From: Paenibacillus sp.
GTDB taxonomy: Bacteria > Bacillota > Bacilli > Paenibacillales > YIM-B00363
Assembly (NCBI RefSeq): GCF_035645195.1
Contig: NZ_DASQNA010000017.1
Coordinates: 39,011 to 103,010, forward strand
Direction: 5' to 3'
Length of the DNA: 64,000 nt
Made by a program: the position numbers and the translations under genes. The notes beneath the pieces were generated by a model. It saw nothing but the letters and a program-made list of their open reading frames with translations, had not been told where the DNA came from and did not search any database. Positions 49,930-59,367 of the stretch are shown here, in pieces (positions within the stretch are counted from its first letter, which is position 1; every line of letters starts with the position of its first letter).

Positions 49930-50274
49930 CTTCTTAAAAGCAAGCTTCCCCGCTGGTCCTCAAAGTTTAGCGGGCTAATTTAATCTTTAAATCCTCCAGA
50001 AAAAGGACCATTCATTACTGGTGTCGCGTATTTAATACGGTAACAACAAGCAATTCCTGCAAAGGATAATGGCATCAAGTTTTTCGGGAGAGGTTGATTC
50101 AAGCTATCGGACATAATCGAGAAGGGGATACAACGTTTACTGTATAGCGAGAACGATAATCTGCCCAAACCCATCGCGCCGCACCGGTGGGGCGAAAAAT
50201 TGCATATTACGACTATGTAATGACGAACTTCGGTTCAGAGGTTATCCAAATACGTCTTCCGTTGCTTTCGCGGT

Positions 50275-50650
50275 ATAGTTTTAGATTGTTCCTTCCTTTT
50301 CGCTTGGCATGGAACAAGGCAAAATCCGTATGCTGTATCAATGCTTCTGAATGTACGTCGTCCTAGGGGATGACGATTCTGGAAGAGGAAAGTGGATCCT
50401 CCACGGTTTACTTAATGCTTGCTTTCTAAATTTTTTCACAACTCTAGTGACTCTCTACTCATTTCGGATCTCCGTAAGCACATTGTTGAATTCGTCTCCT
50501 CCAAACCTGGTTGCCGTATCCAAATCCATGTATAGAACGATCGGCCAGCATGCGTTGAAAGCTTGGCTTCGGCAATTAATTCCTCCAAAACTCGCTGGCT
50601 GGTATAATCTGCAATGGGCAGCCCGTCAAAAGATCGTGGAAAGTCCATGC
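50275..50650 (-). pseudogene. GGDEF diguanylate cyclase remnant
   Basis: Broken minus-strand fragments FHDLLTG, IVLYMDLD, TRFGGDEF (GGDEF codons at 50488-50502) and ALFHAKRKGRNN. Confidence 0.78.
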
Positions 50651-51001
50651 TTCAATTGCTTCTCGTAATAATTACTTTCGGAAATTTACGCGCCGTAATC
50701 AGAATTTTGTGGCGTTCCCTTAGCCGTTCTGGACAGGAGGAGCAAGCGACTCGAACCGAATCATTCCCGACCCAATGTGCCGTCGTGTTTCCCGTTCCGA
50801 ACCAGAAACCAGTGGCCAGAAACTGTCTCTTACCCGGTCCATTTTAAAGTACAGCCAAAAGGTATAAAAGGAAAATCCGACGGCAATCGACGACGAGAAA
50901 ATAGTCCTATTAATTTCGTTTAAACAATATAATTTTATGCTACATTGGACGCTTTTATATATATCCCTTATCTATTTTATGGCCATTATCTCTTCAACCT
51001 T

Positions 51002-51250
51002 CATGCTGCGCCACCAGGCTTCGATCCCGTACAAAGAACGTCACGTTCTCCAACGCGTCGAAATCTCCTGGTAACAGCGCTGTACAAAAATTCTTCAGTA
51101 GTACATTTCCGCACGTATACGCTGGCGCCGGCCTTGAGCGTCGACGTGCCGCCGAACAGAATGCCCACGATCATGGCCGAAATCGTATTGCCGGCTTCCA
51201 GCTGCACACCGCTTCGTTTCGGTAAAACACGATATTGTTTTTCGAATACA
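51002..51250 (-). pseudogene. Decayed duplicate of the fapA/DUF342 3' end
   Basis: Aligns by eye to 52363-52623 with identical blocks of 40, 43 and 30 bp, many substitutions in the left part and a 10 bp deletion. Confidence 0.9.
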
Positions 51251-51258
51251 ATTGCTCA

Positions 51259-51312
51259 AGGGTGGATGGAAAAAATCCCCGGCGTTCCGGAGCGCGAGGC
51301 GCTCGTCAACTC
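51259..51312 (+). repeat. Right 54 bp direct repeat (DUF3231 3' end)
   Basis: Matches 24910-24963 and overlaps the HD-GYP stop codon at 51306. Confidence 0.92.
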
Positions 51313-52343
51313 GTAACGACCCGCGCGGAGGGGGACGCCTCGACGATGTTCAAATCCGGAGAACGGGCTAAATCGATGAACCGTTCGCCCCGCATGACGA
51401 GCGGATTGGCCGGGTCGTTCGCGTTCACCCGCACGATGCGGGCCCGCCGGCCGTCGGACAACAGCACCTCGTTGCCGATCAGCGCTTCCATCGCTTTGCG
51501 CGTGAACAAATCGACGATCAACGGATCGAATTGGCCGAAGGCGCCGTTCGACATTTCCTTCACGACTATGTAGAAAGGCTGAGCGCGTTTGTAAGGCCGA
51601 TGCGAAAGCATGGCGTGGAACACGTCCGCGACGGCTACGATCCGGCTGAACCGGTGCGTCTCGCCCGTAAGGCCGTGCGGATACCCGCTGCCGTCCATCC
51701 GTTCGTGATGCTGCAGGGCGGCGATCGCATGCGTTTCGGAGAAGCCCGGCACGTTCCGGATGAATTCGTACCCGAGCACGGTATGTTTTTTGATGAGCTC
51801 GAACTCTTCCGGACTCAATTTGCCCGTTTTCGTCAGCAGCTCGGCCGGCAGCTGGGCTTTGCCGACGTCGTGGAGAAGGGCGGCGCCCGACAGCAGCTCC
51901 AGTTCGTCCTTCCCGAAGCGCAGCCATTTTCCGATCAGAGAGGACAGCACGGCGACGGCGATGCTGTGCTTATGCGTGTAATCGTCCTTCTCCTGCAAGG
52001 CGGAGAGGACGTGGTACAGCGTGCAGGTTTCCGTCAGCTTGCGGATCGTCGGGAGGACGCGCCTGCGGATTTGATCGAAGTAGACCGTCTCCGCGTTGGC
52101 CGCGCTGCGAAACAGTTCGCTTACCTCCGCCATCGCTTCGTCGACCATGCGCCGCGCGGGAGCGGGATCGTCCACGTCGCCGTCCCGCACATCGACATTC
52201 AGGCGGCTGAAGACGATCGCATGCCGTTCCGTCAGCACTTCTTCCGCCTTGAGCAGCAAAGAGCCGCCGGGCGCAATCATGTTTTTGTTCAACTTTTTCC
52301 CTACATACTTCATGATGGATTCCGGGATGCCGCGATTCGACAT
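51306..52343 (-). CDS. HD-GYP domain c-di-GMP phosphodiesterase
   Basis: YTHKHS, LHDVGK, HHERMDGSGYP and ADVFHAM motifs. Start taken at ATG 52343, just after the fapA stop. Confidence 0.92.
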   Translation of the reverse strand: MSNRGIPESIMKYVGKKLNKNMIAPGGSLLLKAEEVLTERHAIVFSRLNVDVRDGDVDDPAPARRMVDEAMAEVSELFRSAANAETVYFDQIRRRVLPTIRKLTETCTLYHVLSALQEKDDYTHKHSIAVAVLSSLIGKWLRFGKDELELLSGAALLHDVGKAQLPAELLTKTGKLSPEEFELIKKHTVLGYEFIRNVPGFSETHAIAALQHHERMDGSGYPHGLTGETHRFSRIVAVADVFHAMLSHRPYKRAQPFYIVVKEMSNGAFGQFDPLIVDLFTRKAMEALIGNEVLLSDGRRARIVRVNANDPANPLVMRGERFIDLARSPDLNIVEASPSARVVTS

Positions 52344-52354
52344 GGCGTTCACCC

Positions 52355-54196
52355 TCAAACCTCGTGCTGCGCCACCAGGCGTTGATCCCGAACGAAGAAC
52401 TTCATGTTCTCCACCGTGTCGAGAATCTCCTGGGAATAGCGCTGCACGAAAATTCTTCCGTCGTACATTTTCCGCACGTATACGCTGGCGCCGGCCTTGA
52501 GCGTCGACGCGCCGCCGGACAGCCCGCCCACGATCATGGCCGAAATCGTATTGCCGGCTTCCAGCTGCGAGCCTTTGCACACCGCTTCGTTTTGGTAAAA
52601 CACGATATTGTTTTTCGAATACAGCTGGCTCTGGAGCACGCCCTCTTTCCGGATCAGAATATCCCCGTTGGACATGACCGTGGACAGCTGGCATTTCGGA
52701 ATATCCATCTGCACGACGGTTTCCTCGCTCCGTTTGATCGTTTCGGACGTTTCGCCGAGCATCTGCTGAAGCTCGTTCAAGAACGCGATCGGATCGACCT
52801 GAAGGAAGCAGGAGGGACGAAGGAGCGCGAGCAGCCGCTGCTTCAGCGTCTCCAAATGTCCGCTTTGAATGTTCTGGATCGTCGCGATGCAGCCCAGTAT
52901 CTCCTTCGCGCATACCGGGATGTCCTTGAATTTCGTGTCCGCCAGCAGCTGGAGCGATTGCCCGGAGGGAACCGACGCCCCGCGGGAAGCGAGCGTGTCG
53001 GTGAGCATTTTCCACGCGTTGCGCAGCGAGAGCAGCTGCTCGTTCAATTTTTTCGTGAAGTTGTACAGCCGGTTGTACAGCACGCCGAAGTGGCCGGAGT
53101 ACAGCTTGCCGCCGATGACGTTGCCTTTGATGAAAATGCTGCCGGTCGCCGTGACCGTGGCGTTATACACGCTGCCGAACACATGGACGTTGCCCAGCGC
53201 TTCGACGACCATGCCGTCCGTGACGTCGCCGTAGACGTACACGTCGCCGGAGAAAAAGATGTTGCCCGTCTTCAAGTCGACGTTCCCCGGAACGACGTAA
53301 AACGGGTTGATGCTGACCAGCTTGATGCGTCCTCCGCCCGTAATGCGCGGACGGCCTTCTTTCAACGCGATGACGTTCGTGCCGTCCACGATCTGCGTGT
53401 GGTCCTTGGCGACGAGGATCAAATCCTTCGCTGGTCTCGGCTCGATGACCGAGCCGAAAATATCATAACCGGCCTCCCCTGCGATCATAGGTATTTTGCG
53501 GGCGACGGTTTCGCCCTTCTGCGCGGATGGGATCTTCAAATGATTGCGGAAGTCGATCGAGCCGTTCACTTCCTCGAAACTGCTTTCTACCTTCTCGTTG
53601 AAGAGCAGTTCGATTTGGGCGTCTCGGCTTTGTACCGGGGGACGGCCCTCCGCGATGACGACCGGCTTGTGCGTCGGCTGCAGCAGCTCCGCTTCGATCG
53701 CCCTGCGGTTGTACGAGAACAATTTTTTTTCGTGGAGTACGGTTTGGACGTCGCTCAGCTCGAGCTCCTGCACGACGCGTTCGGGGTCTTCGACGGCTTC
53801 GACGACGAGCTCGCCGCTCGCTTCTTGGTCCAGCAGTTTCCAGGCGAAGCGCCGCTTCGCGAAGAGATGAAACCATGCAGTCATGCGGTCGTCGGCGATT
53901 TCGATTCGAAACAGGGGCTCCGGCGCGACGGACCATTCGATCTCGTCATCCGGATGAACGACGACGCGCCCCTTCCTCGGCACGCCATTGACGCGAAGCT
54001 CGACCGGATCGACGGCTTCGAGGATGACGGGGCTGTTCTGTTCGTCGGGGACGAGGCGAATGTCCCCGTTCTCGATTTTGGCGGCGCTCATGCCGAAGCG
54101 GAGGGAGGGATCGTCGGGCGCGCTTTCCTCCGCTTCGAGGCCGCCGAGATCCAGCTTGTTGATCAGCCGGATCATGTCCTGTTCCGATAAGGCCAT
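52355..54196 (-). CDS. FapA/DUF342 family protein
   Basis: GSIDFR, GNVDLKTGNIFFSGDV and beta-helix-like repeats. Confidence 0.88.
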   Translation of the reverse strand: MALSEQDMIRLINKLDLGGLEAEESAPDDPSLRFGMSAAKIENGDIRLVPDEQNSPVILEAVDPVELRVNGVPRKGRVVVHPDDEIEWSVAPEPLFRIEIADDRMTAWFHLFAKRRFAWKLLDQEASGELVVEAVEDPERVVQELELSDVQTVLHEKKLFSYNRRAIEAELLQPTHKPVVIAEGRPPVQSRDAQIELLFNEKVESSFEEVNGSIDFRNHLKIPSAQKGETVARKIPMIAGEAGYDIFGSVIEPRPAKDLILVAKDHTQIVDGTNVIALKEGRPRITGGGRIKLVSINPFYVVPGNVDLKTGNIFFSGDVYVYGDVTDGMVVEALGNVHVFGSVYNATVTATGSIFIKGNVIGGKLYSGHFGVLYNRLYNFTKKLNEQLLSLRNAWKMLTDTLASRGASVPSGQSLQLLADTKFKDIPVCAKEILGCIATIQNIQSGHLETLKQRLLALLRPSCFLQVDPIAFLNELQQMLGETSETIKRSEETVVQMDIPKCQLSTVMSNGDILIRKEGVLQSQLYSKNNIVFYQNEAVCKGSQLEAGNTISAMIVGGLSGGASTLKAGASVYVRKMYDGRIFVQRYSQEILDTVENMKFFVRDQRLVAQHEV

Positions 54197-54220
54197 AGGG
54201 CATATACCTTCCTTTCCGAA

Positions 54221-54253
54221 AATAAAAGAAACTACCCCAGCGGGATAGTTTCT
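54221..54253 (-). terminator. Riboswitch expression-platform terminator
   Basis: AGAAACTATCCC / GGGGTAGTTTCT stem followed by TTTATT on the minus strand. Confidence 0.8.
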
Positions 54254-54269
54254 GCCCTAATCCCTACTT

Positions 54270-54348
54270 TTCGGTAACCCGGCCACCATAGATTCGTCAT
54301 CCTTAGGTCCGAGGCTTTGCGTCTCCGCCTTTCGACGGATTTGCCATT
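54270..54348 (-). ncRNA. c-di-GMP-I (GEMM) riboswitch
   Basis: Minus strand GGCAAATCCGTC-GAAA-GGCGGAGACGCAAAGCC...CTAAG...TATGG...GTTACC. Confidence 0.93.
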
Positions 54349-54417
54349 ATCGAAGCAGTGATATATTTGGTTGATAGAGCGATTTCGAATGTTGTCGATT
54401 TTTTGTAGGTAATGTTG

Positions 54418-54445
54418 ATTATAAGCGCATTTTATTCGACAGTCA
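54418..54445 (-). promoter_or_regulatory. sigmaA promoter upstream of the riboswitch
   Basis: TTGACT-N16-TATAAT. Confidence 0.65.
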
Positions 54446-54628
54446 ACAATTGGTATTTTAGAGCGGAAGTATGAAGATAGACGTGGAAAAATCGGGCGTT
54501 GGCATTATTTTTGCGGGATGAAAGCGCTGGTTTTCAGGGTCTTATTTCCTATTTACATGGGGGTTGTCCGTCATGCTCCGGCGGGGGACGGCGGTGTCGA
54601 ATTTTGCAATCGAACGCTCGCCGGGGGG

Positions 54629-55279
54629 TTACCCCAGCGAGTCGAGCAATTGCGCGAGCGGCTTCTCCTCGAACGACCGGAGCCGGGCGTCGTAGCGCTC
54701 GAACTGCAGCGCCTCCGTCATCGGGTTCGGCACGATGACGCAGCGGACGCCGGCCGCGACCGCGGACCGCGCGCCGTTGGCGGAATCCTCGAAGGCGACC
54801 GCTTCTTCCGGCGCGACGCCGAGCCGCTCCGCGGCGAGCCGGTATAAGGCCGGGTCGGGCTTCACCCGTTCGACGTCGTCTTGGGTGCACAGCGTTTCGA
54901 AAAAGTCGGCCAACTCATGCGTTTCCAGGAAAGGTTCGACCCAAGAACGCGGGCTGCTCGTGGCGAGCCCGATCCGCAGCCCGAGCTCGCGCGCCTCCCG
55001 CAAATAGCTAACGACGCCTTCCCTCGGCCGCAGCGCGGCCGCTTTCTCGTGGTGGCGCAGAATCGCGGCCTTCTTGATGCCGTCCAACACTTCCTCCGAA
55101 CCGACCTTCTCCATGATATAGCGGAACATGCCGTCGTCGTAGGTGCCGATGCCTTGGGCGAAGACGGACAGCGGCAGCTCGACGCCGTGTTCGGCGAGCG
55201 TTTCCCTGAAGCTCTCGTACCATACGGATTCCGTATCCAAAATCGTACCGTCGAAATCGAAAATTACGGCTCGAATCAT
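54629..55279 (-). CDS. HAD-superfamily hydrolase
   Basis: IFDFDGT, ATSS, KPDP and FEDS motifs. Confidence 0.92.
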   Translation of the reverse strand: MIRAVIFDFDGTILDTESVWYESFRETLAEHGVELPLSVFAQGIGTYDDGMFRYIMEKVGSEEVLDGIKKAAILRHHEKAAALRPREGVVSYLREARELGLRIGLATSSPRSWVEPFLETHELADFFETLCTQDDVERVKPDPALYRLAAERLGVAPEEAVAFEDSANGARSAVAAGVRCVIVPNPMTEALQFERYDARLRSFEEKPLAQLLDSLG

Positions 55280-55443
55280 CAGCTTTTCTCTCCTCCGATT
55301 ATGCGCAAAACTGAGCAAAACAAGTCTTTCTCTCTCGCTTCTCGTTTGTTAGGATGGTAAAGTATAAGGCGCGTTACACGCCCGGCGAGTTACTGGCATT
55401 TTACCATACATGCGCGGCAAAATCTTGAAGGCAGGTGATTTCC

Positions 55444-55599
55444 GTGTCGTTATCGCGAACCGTCGTCAAACGGCAAATTCGGGACCGGCGGAGAAGGTGG
55501 CTGAAGCGGGCGTTTTGGCTCCTTGCGACGGCAACGCTCGCGGGGACGCTGGGTTCGTGGCTTTGGGATTGGACCGGCACGCCGGTCTATTTAGAATAG
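55444..55599 (+). CDS. Small membrane protein (51 aa), too short for the ORF track
   Basis: AGGTGA RBS and GTG start; [51 protein letters not shown]. The TAG stop overlaps the ung RBS. Confidence 0.55.
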   Translation: MSLSRTVVKRQIRDRRRRWLKRAFWLLATATLAGTLGSWLWDWTGTPVYLE

Positions 55600-55612
55600 G
55601 AGGCTGCGACGG

Positions 55613-56287
55613 ATGGGCATTTTGCGGAACGATTGGGAGCAGCAGGTAGGCGACCAATTCGAGCAGCCGTACTATTTGCGGCTTCGAGCATTTCTCAAAG
55701 AGGAATATCGAACGAAGACGATTTATCCGGAACCGCACGACATTTTCAATGCGCTGCACGCGACGCCGTACGGATCGACCAAGGTCGTCATCCTCGGGCA
55801 GGACCCGTATCACGGGCCGGGGCAGGCGCACGGGCTTAGCTTTTCCGTGAAGCCCGGCGTGCCGTCGCCGCCGTCGCTGCAAAATATTTTCAAAGAGTTG
55901 AGAGACGACGTCGGCGCGCCGATCCCGAATCACGGCCACTTGGCTTCGTGGGCGGAGCAGGGCGTGCTGCTGCTCAACGCGGTGCTGACCGTGCGCGAAG
56001 GGGAGCCGAACTCGCATAAGGGACAAGGCTGGGAGACGTTCACGGACCGCGTCGTCGAGGCGCTCAACGCGCGCGAGGAGCCGCTCGCGTTCGTCCTCTG
56101 GGGAAGCCACGCCCAGGCGAAAGGCGCCCGCATCGACGGCGGGAAGCATCTCGTCATCCGTTCGCCGCACCCGAGCCCGCTGTCGGCGCATCGCGGGTTT
56201 TTCGGCAGCAAGCCGTTTTCCCGCATCAACGCGTGGCTTTCCGCCCAGGGGCGCGAGCCGATCGATTGGACGATCCGGAATCTTTAA
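55613..56287 (+). CDS. ung: Uracil-DNA glycosylase, family 1
   Basis: [17 protein letters not shown] and HPSPLS motifs. Confidence 0.97.
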   Translation: MGILRNDWEQQVGDQFEQPYYLRLRAFLKEEYRTKTIYPEPHDIFNALHATPYGSTKVVILGQDPYHGPGQAHGLSFSVKPGVPSPPSLQNIFKELRDDVGAPIPNHGHLASWAEQGVLLLNAVLTVREGEPNSHKGQGWETFTDRVVEALNAREEPLAFVLWGSHAQAKGARIDGGKHLVIRSPHPSPLSAHRGFFGSKPFSRINAWLSAQGREPIDWTIRNL

Positions 56288-56302
56288 GCGGCGCCTTCGC
56301 CG

Positions 56303-56728
56303 TCACATCGCTTGGTCCGCCGGCGTCGTGACGGGATAGGGCCGCTTTTTCACTTTAATCGTAACGACGCCGCCTTTGCCGAACACCTTCGTTTCCGCAT
56401 GGAACGCCGCCTCGAACATTTTTTTCTTCTCTTCGAATTGGGCGACCGACATGCCCGGCCTCAGGCGGTAACGGAACACATAGTACAGGTCGTCCTCCGT
56501 GGCGGACAGCGACAGCAGCAGCGGGAACAGCTTGTCTTTGCGGGGCCTCACGTACAGGTTCGTCAGTTCGAACGTTTGCCGCATGCGGCGAACGTACCGG
56601 CTGCGCCAATGCGAGCGCCACGCCCCGTACGCGATCAAGCCGGCCGCGGCGAGCCACCACCACCGCTCCGCGAAGCCGCTCGCCCCGGCCAGCCACGAGC
56701 CCCCGCCGGGAAACAACGCCTCGAACAT
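56303..56728 (-). CDS. Hypothetical membrane-anchored protein
   Basis: GGAGG RBS, N-terminal TM helix, RLRPGMSVAQFEEKK segment. Confidence 0.7.
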   Translation of the reverse strand: MFEALFPGGGSWLAGASGFAERWWWLAAAGLIAYGAWRSHWRSRYVRRMRQTFELTNLYVRPRKDKLFPLLLSLSATEDDLYYVFRYRLRPGMSVAQFEEKKKMFEAAFHAETKVFGKGGVVTIKVKKRPYPVTTPADQAM

Positions 56729-56910
56729 GCGCCTCTCCTCCTTTGCGACCGCAACCGGTCTCTTTGTCCCATTGTATTCGCCCTCACCCCGGGGTTATGC
56801 TTGCGCTCCCAGCGGGCCTTCTGGCCCCGCCGCAGAAGGTGTTTCCCGCACCAAAGTTTGGTACAATGATCAAGTAAAGTCAGGATACGTATCGGAGGTG
56901 CCGAAGAGAA

Positions 56911-57768
56911 GTGAAAATGAGAGTTTCCAGTGTGCAGTACCATCTGCATACGATCCAGAGCTTCGACGAGTTCCGCGCGCAGGTGGAGCATTATGTGAAA
57001 ACGGCGCAAGAGTTCGGCACGGAGTTTTTACTGTTTCCCGAGTTTTTCACGACCCAGCTGCTGTCGATCCCGAACGCGGCCGGAACCGCGAGCGGCATCG
57101 AAGAGCTGCCGAAATATACGGAAGCGTACCGCGAGCTGTTCGTCCGCTTAGCGAAAGAAACCGGCATGTATATTATCGCCGGCACGCACGTGTTGGAGCG
57201 CGGCGGTTATTTGTATAACACGGCGCATTTGTTCAAACCCGACGGGACGGTCGGGGAGCAGCCGAAGCTGCACATCACGCCGACCGAGGTGACGGAGTGG
57301 AACGTGCGCGGCGGCGATTCGTTCCAAGTGTTCGAGACGGAGAAAGGGACGATTGCGATCCTTACGTGCTACGACATCGAATTTCCGGAAATTGTCCGGA
57401 TGGCGAAGGCGCGGGGGGCGGACGTCATTTTTTGCCCGTCGTGCACGGACGACCGCCATGGGTTTTACCGCGTCCGGTACACGAGTCACGCGCGCGCCGT
57501 CGAGAATCAAGTGTACGTCGTGACGGCCGGCACGGTCGGCAGCCTGCCGACGGTCGACTTCATGCGGCTCAATTACGGCCAATCGGCGATTCTTGCGCCG
57601 AACGACATCCCGTTCCCGCCGGCCGGCATCATTGCCGAGGGCGTCGTGAACGACGACATGATCGTGACCGGCGATTTGAATCTGCAGCTGCTTTACGAGG
57701 TGCGCGAGCGGGGCAGCGTCACGACGTGGCGCGACCGCCGCACAGATTTGTACACCGACTGGAAGTGA
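56911..57768 (+). CDS. Carbon-nitrogen hydrolase (nitrilase superfamily)
   Basis: Glu-Lys-Cys triad in FPEF, QPKLH and TCYDIEFPE. Confidence 0.93.
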   Translation: MKMRVSSVQYHLHTIQSFDEFRAQVEHYVKTAQEFGTEFLLFPEFFTTQLLSIPNAAGTASGIEELPKYTEAYRELFVRLAKETGMYIIAGTHVLERGGYLYNTAHLFKPDGTVGEQPKLHITPTEVTEWNVRGGDSFQVFETEKGTIAILTCYDIEFPEIVRMAKARGADVIFCPSCTDDRHGFYRVRYTSHARAVENQVYVVTAGTVGSLPTVDFMRLNYGQSAILAPNDIPFPPAGIIAEGVVNDDMIVTGDLNLQLLYEVRERGSVTTWRDRRTDLYTDWK

Positions 57769-57778
57769 GGCGAGCGTA

Positions 57779-58456
57779 ATGGCGGCATATCGCTCCGAAT
57801 ATTTCGCGTTCGATCGGGAGGGCCGGCCGATGAAGGCGGTCATCCGCAATTACGGGCCGGACGATTTCGACGCGCTGATCGACATTCAGCGGGAATGTTT
57901 CCCGCCGCCGTTCCCTTCGGAGCTGTGGTGGACGAAGGAGCAGCTCGCGTCCCACGTGCGCTTGTTCCCCGAAGGCGCGGTGTGCGTCGAGGCGGACGGC
58001 AAGCTCGTCGGCTCGATGACCGGCCTCATCGTCCAATACGACCCTGCGGAGGCGGCGCACACGTGGGCGGAGACGACGGGCGAGGGCACGATTTCGACGC
58101 ACGACCCGAACGGGGACACGCTGTACATCGTCGACGTCAGCGTCCGCCCCGGGTACCGCCAGTACGGGTTCGGCAAAGCGATGGCGTACGCGCTGTACCA
58201 CCTGGTCGTCGAGAAGAAGCTTAAGCGGCTGCTCGGCGGCGGGCGCATGTCGGGGTATCATCGGTACGCGGACGAGCTGTCGGCGGAGGAATACGCGGAG
58301 GCCGTCGTCGCGGGGCGCCTCAAGGATCCCGTCATCACGTTCCTCCTGCGCTGCGGCCGGACGCCCGTGCGCGTCGTGCCGAACTACTTGGAAGACGAAG
58401 AATCGCGTAATTACGCACTGTTGATGGAGTGGAAAAATCCGTTCATTCGAGAGTAG
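57779..58456 (+). CDS. GNAT acetyltransferase (YkwB-like)
   Basis: ECFPPPFP, HDPNGDTLY, GGGRMSGY and PNYLEDEES motifs. Confidence 0.88.
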   Translation: MAAYRSEYFAFDREGRPMKAVIRNYGPDDFDALIDIQRECFPPPFPSELWWTKEQLASHVRLFPEGAVCVEADGKLVGSMTGLIVQYDPAEAAHTWAETTGEGTISTHDPNGDTLYIVDVSVRPGYRQYGFGKAMAYALYHLVVEKKLKRLLGGGRMSGYHRYADELSAEEYAEAVVAGRLKDPVITFLLRCGRTPVRVVPNYLEDEESRNYALLMEWKNPFIRE

Positions 58457-58469
58457 AGGAGATAGAGAT

Positions 58470-59141
58470 ATGGAATATATCCGCATTCAAAGCATCGAAG
58501 ACCCGCTGTTCGCCAAAATGCACGCGCTGATGGGCACCATTTTCCCGCCGGAGGAAGTGCTCGAGTTTTCGCTGTGGGAAGAGCCGCTCAAGGATCAAGG
58601 CTTGCGCGTGTACGTCGCCGTGCACGAGGGCGAAGTCGTCGGCGCGACGGAGTACCGGTACTACCCGGAGATGCGCGTCGCGATGACCGACTTTACGATT
58701 ATCGGGCGCGAAGGGCTCGGCATCGGGCCGTTCCTTGTCAAGCATCGATCCGCTGATTTGGCGGAATGGGTGAAGCGGACGGAAGGGCCGATGCTCGGTA
58801 TGTTCGCGGAAATTTACAACCCTTACGCGGTCGAGGATCTCGGGTTCGGCGGCGTCAAGCCGATGAACCCGTACGTTCGCCGCGAGGTGCTCGCGCATCT
58901 CGGCTACAAGCGATTGGACATGGACTACGTGCATCCGTCCTGGCAGGGCGACGGCGAGGCGGTCGGCGGGTTGAACTTGGGCTTCCAGCCTGCCGACGAC
59001 AGCATGGACAGCCTGCCGGGTTCGTTGATCGCGCGCTTCCTGCGCACGTATTATGAGATTTTGAACCCGAAGCCCGCCGCGTGGCTTTCGATGGTCGACG
59101 CGGTGGAGAAGCGGGACAAGGTCGCGCTGCTGCCGCTGTAA
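58470..59141 (+). CDS. GNAT-fold protein
   Basis: VVGATEY, REGLGIG and MFAEIY segments. Confidence 0.75.
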   Translation: MEYIRIQSIEDPLFAKMHALMGTIFPPEEVLEFSLWEEPLKDQGLRVYVAVHEGEVVGATEYRYYPEMRVAMTDFTIIGREGLGIGPFLVKHRSADLAEWVKRTEGPMLGMFAEIYNPYAVEDLGFGGVKPMNPYVRREVLAHLGYKRLDMDYVHPSWQGDGEAVGGLNLGFQPADDSMDSLPGSLIARFLRTYYEILNPKPAAWLSMVDAVEKRDKVALLPL

Positions 59142-59299
59142 CCGGCGGGCGGCCATCGTTCGGCGCCGTCGCGGATCGTTCCGCGGCGGCGCTTGTTTGC
59201 GTTTGGGCCGGAGCTGGGCGCCGCTTGTCAGCTGGGCTTCTTCGTGCCCGACGTGGATAGCCTCTACGGTTTGCTGCATTCGCCAGCGATCGAAATTTC

Positions 59300-59326
59300 G
59301 GAAACCTTTTTCGGCTCCGACTCGTA
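59300..59326 (+). promoter_or_regulatory. sigmaW-like ECF promoter
   Basis: GGAAAC-N17-CGTA upstream of spo0M, which is a sigmaW target in B. subtilis. Confidence 0.55.
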
Positions 59327-59367
59327 TGATTGTGTAAGAACGCGATACATATAGGAGGATGGTTGGG

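Larger units (their letters stand above)
24968..51258. mobile_element. AT-rich genomic island carrying a Wzx/Wzy polysaccharide cluster
   Basis: Sharp composition drop relative to the GC-rich flanks, 54 bp terminal direct repeats, IS remnants and pseudogenes. No integrase recognised. Confidence 0.88.

Noticed and set aside
50436-50648. IstB-like reading of the 70 aa ORF
   Set aside because: Adjacent frames give HDxLTG, GGDEF and AKRKGRN in order, which fits a cyclase relic much better.
51306-53015. 569 aa HD-GYP ORF as listed in the track
   Set aside because: The N-terminal 224 aa overlap fapA in another frame; the plausible start is ATG 52343.
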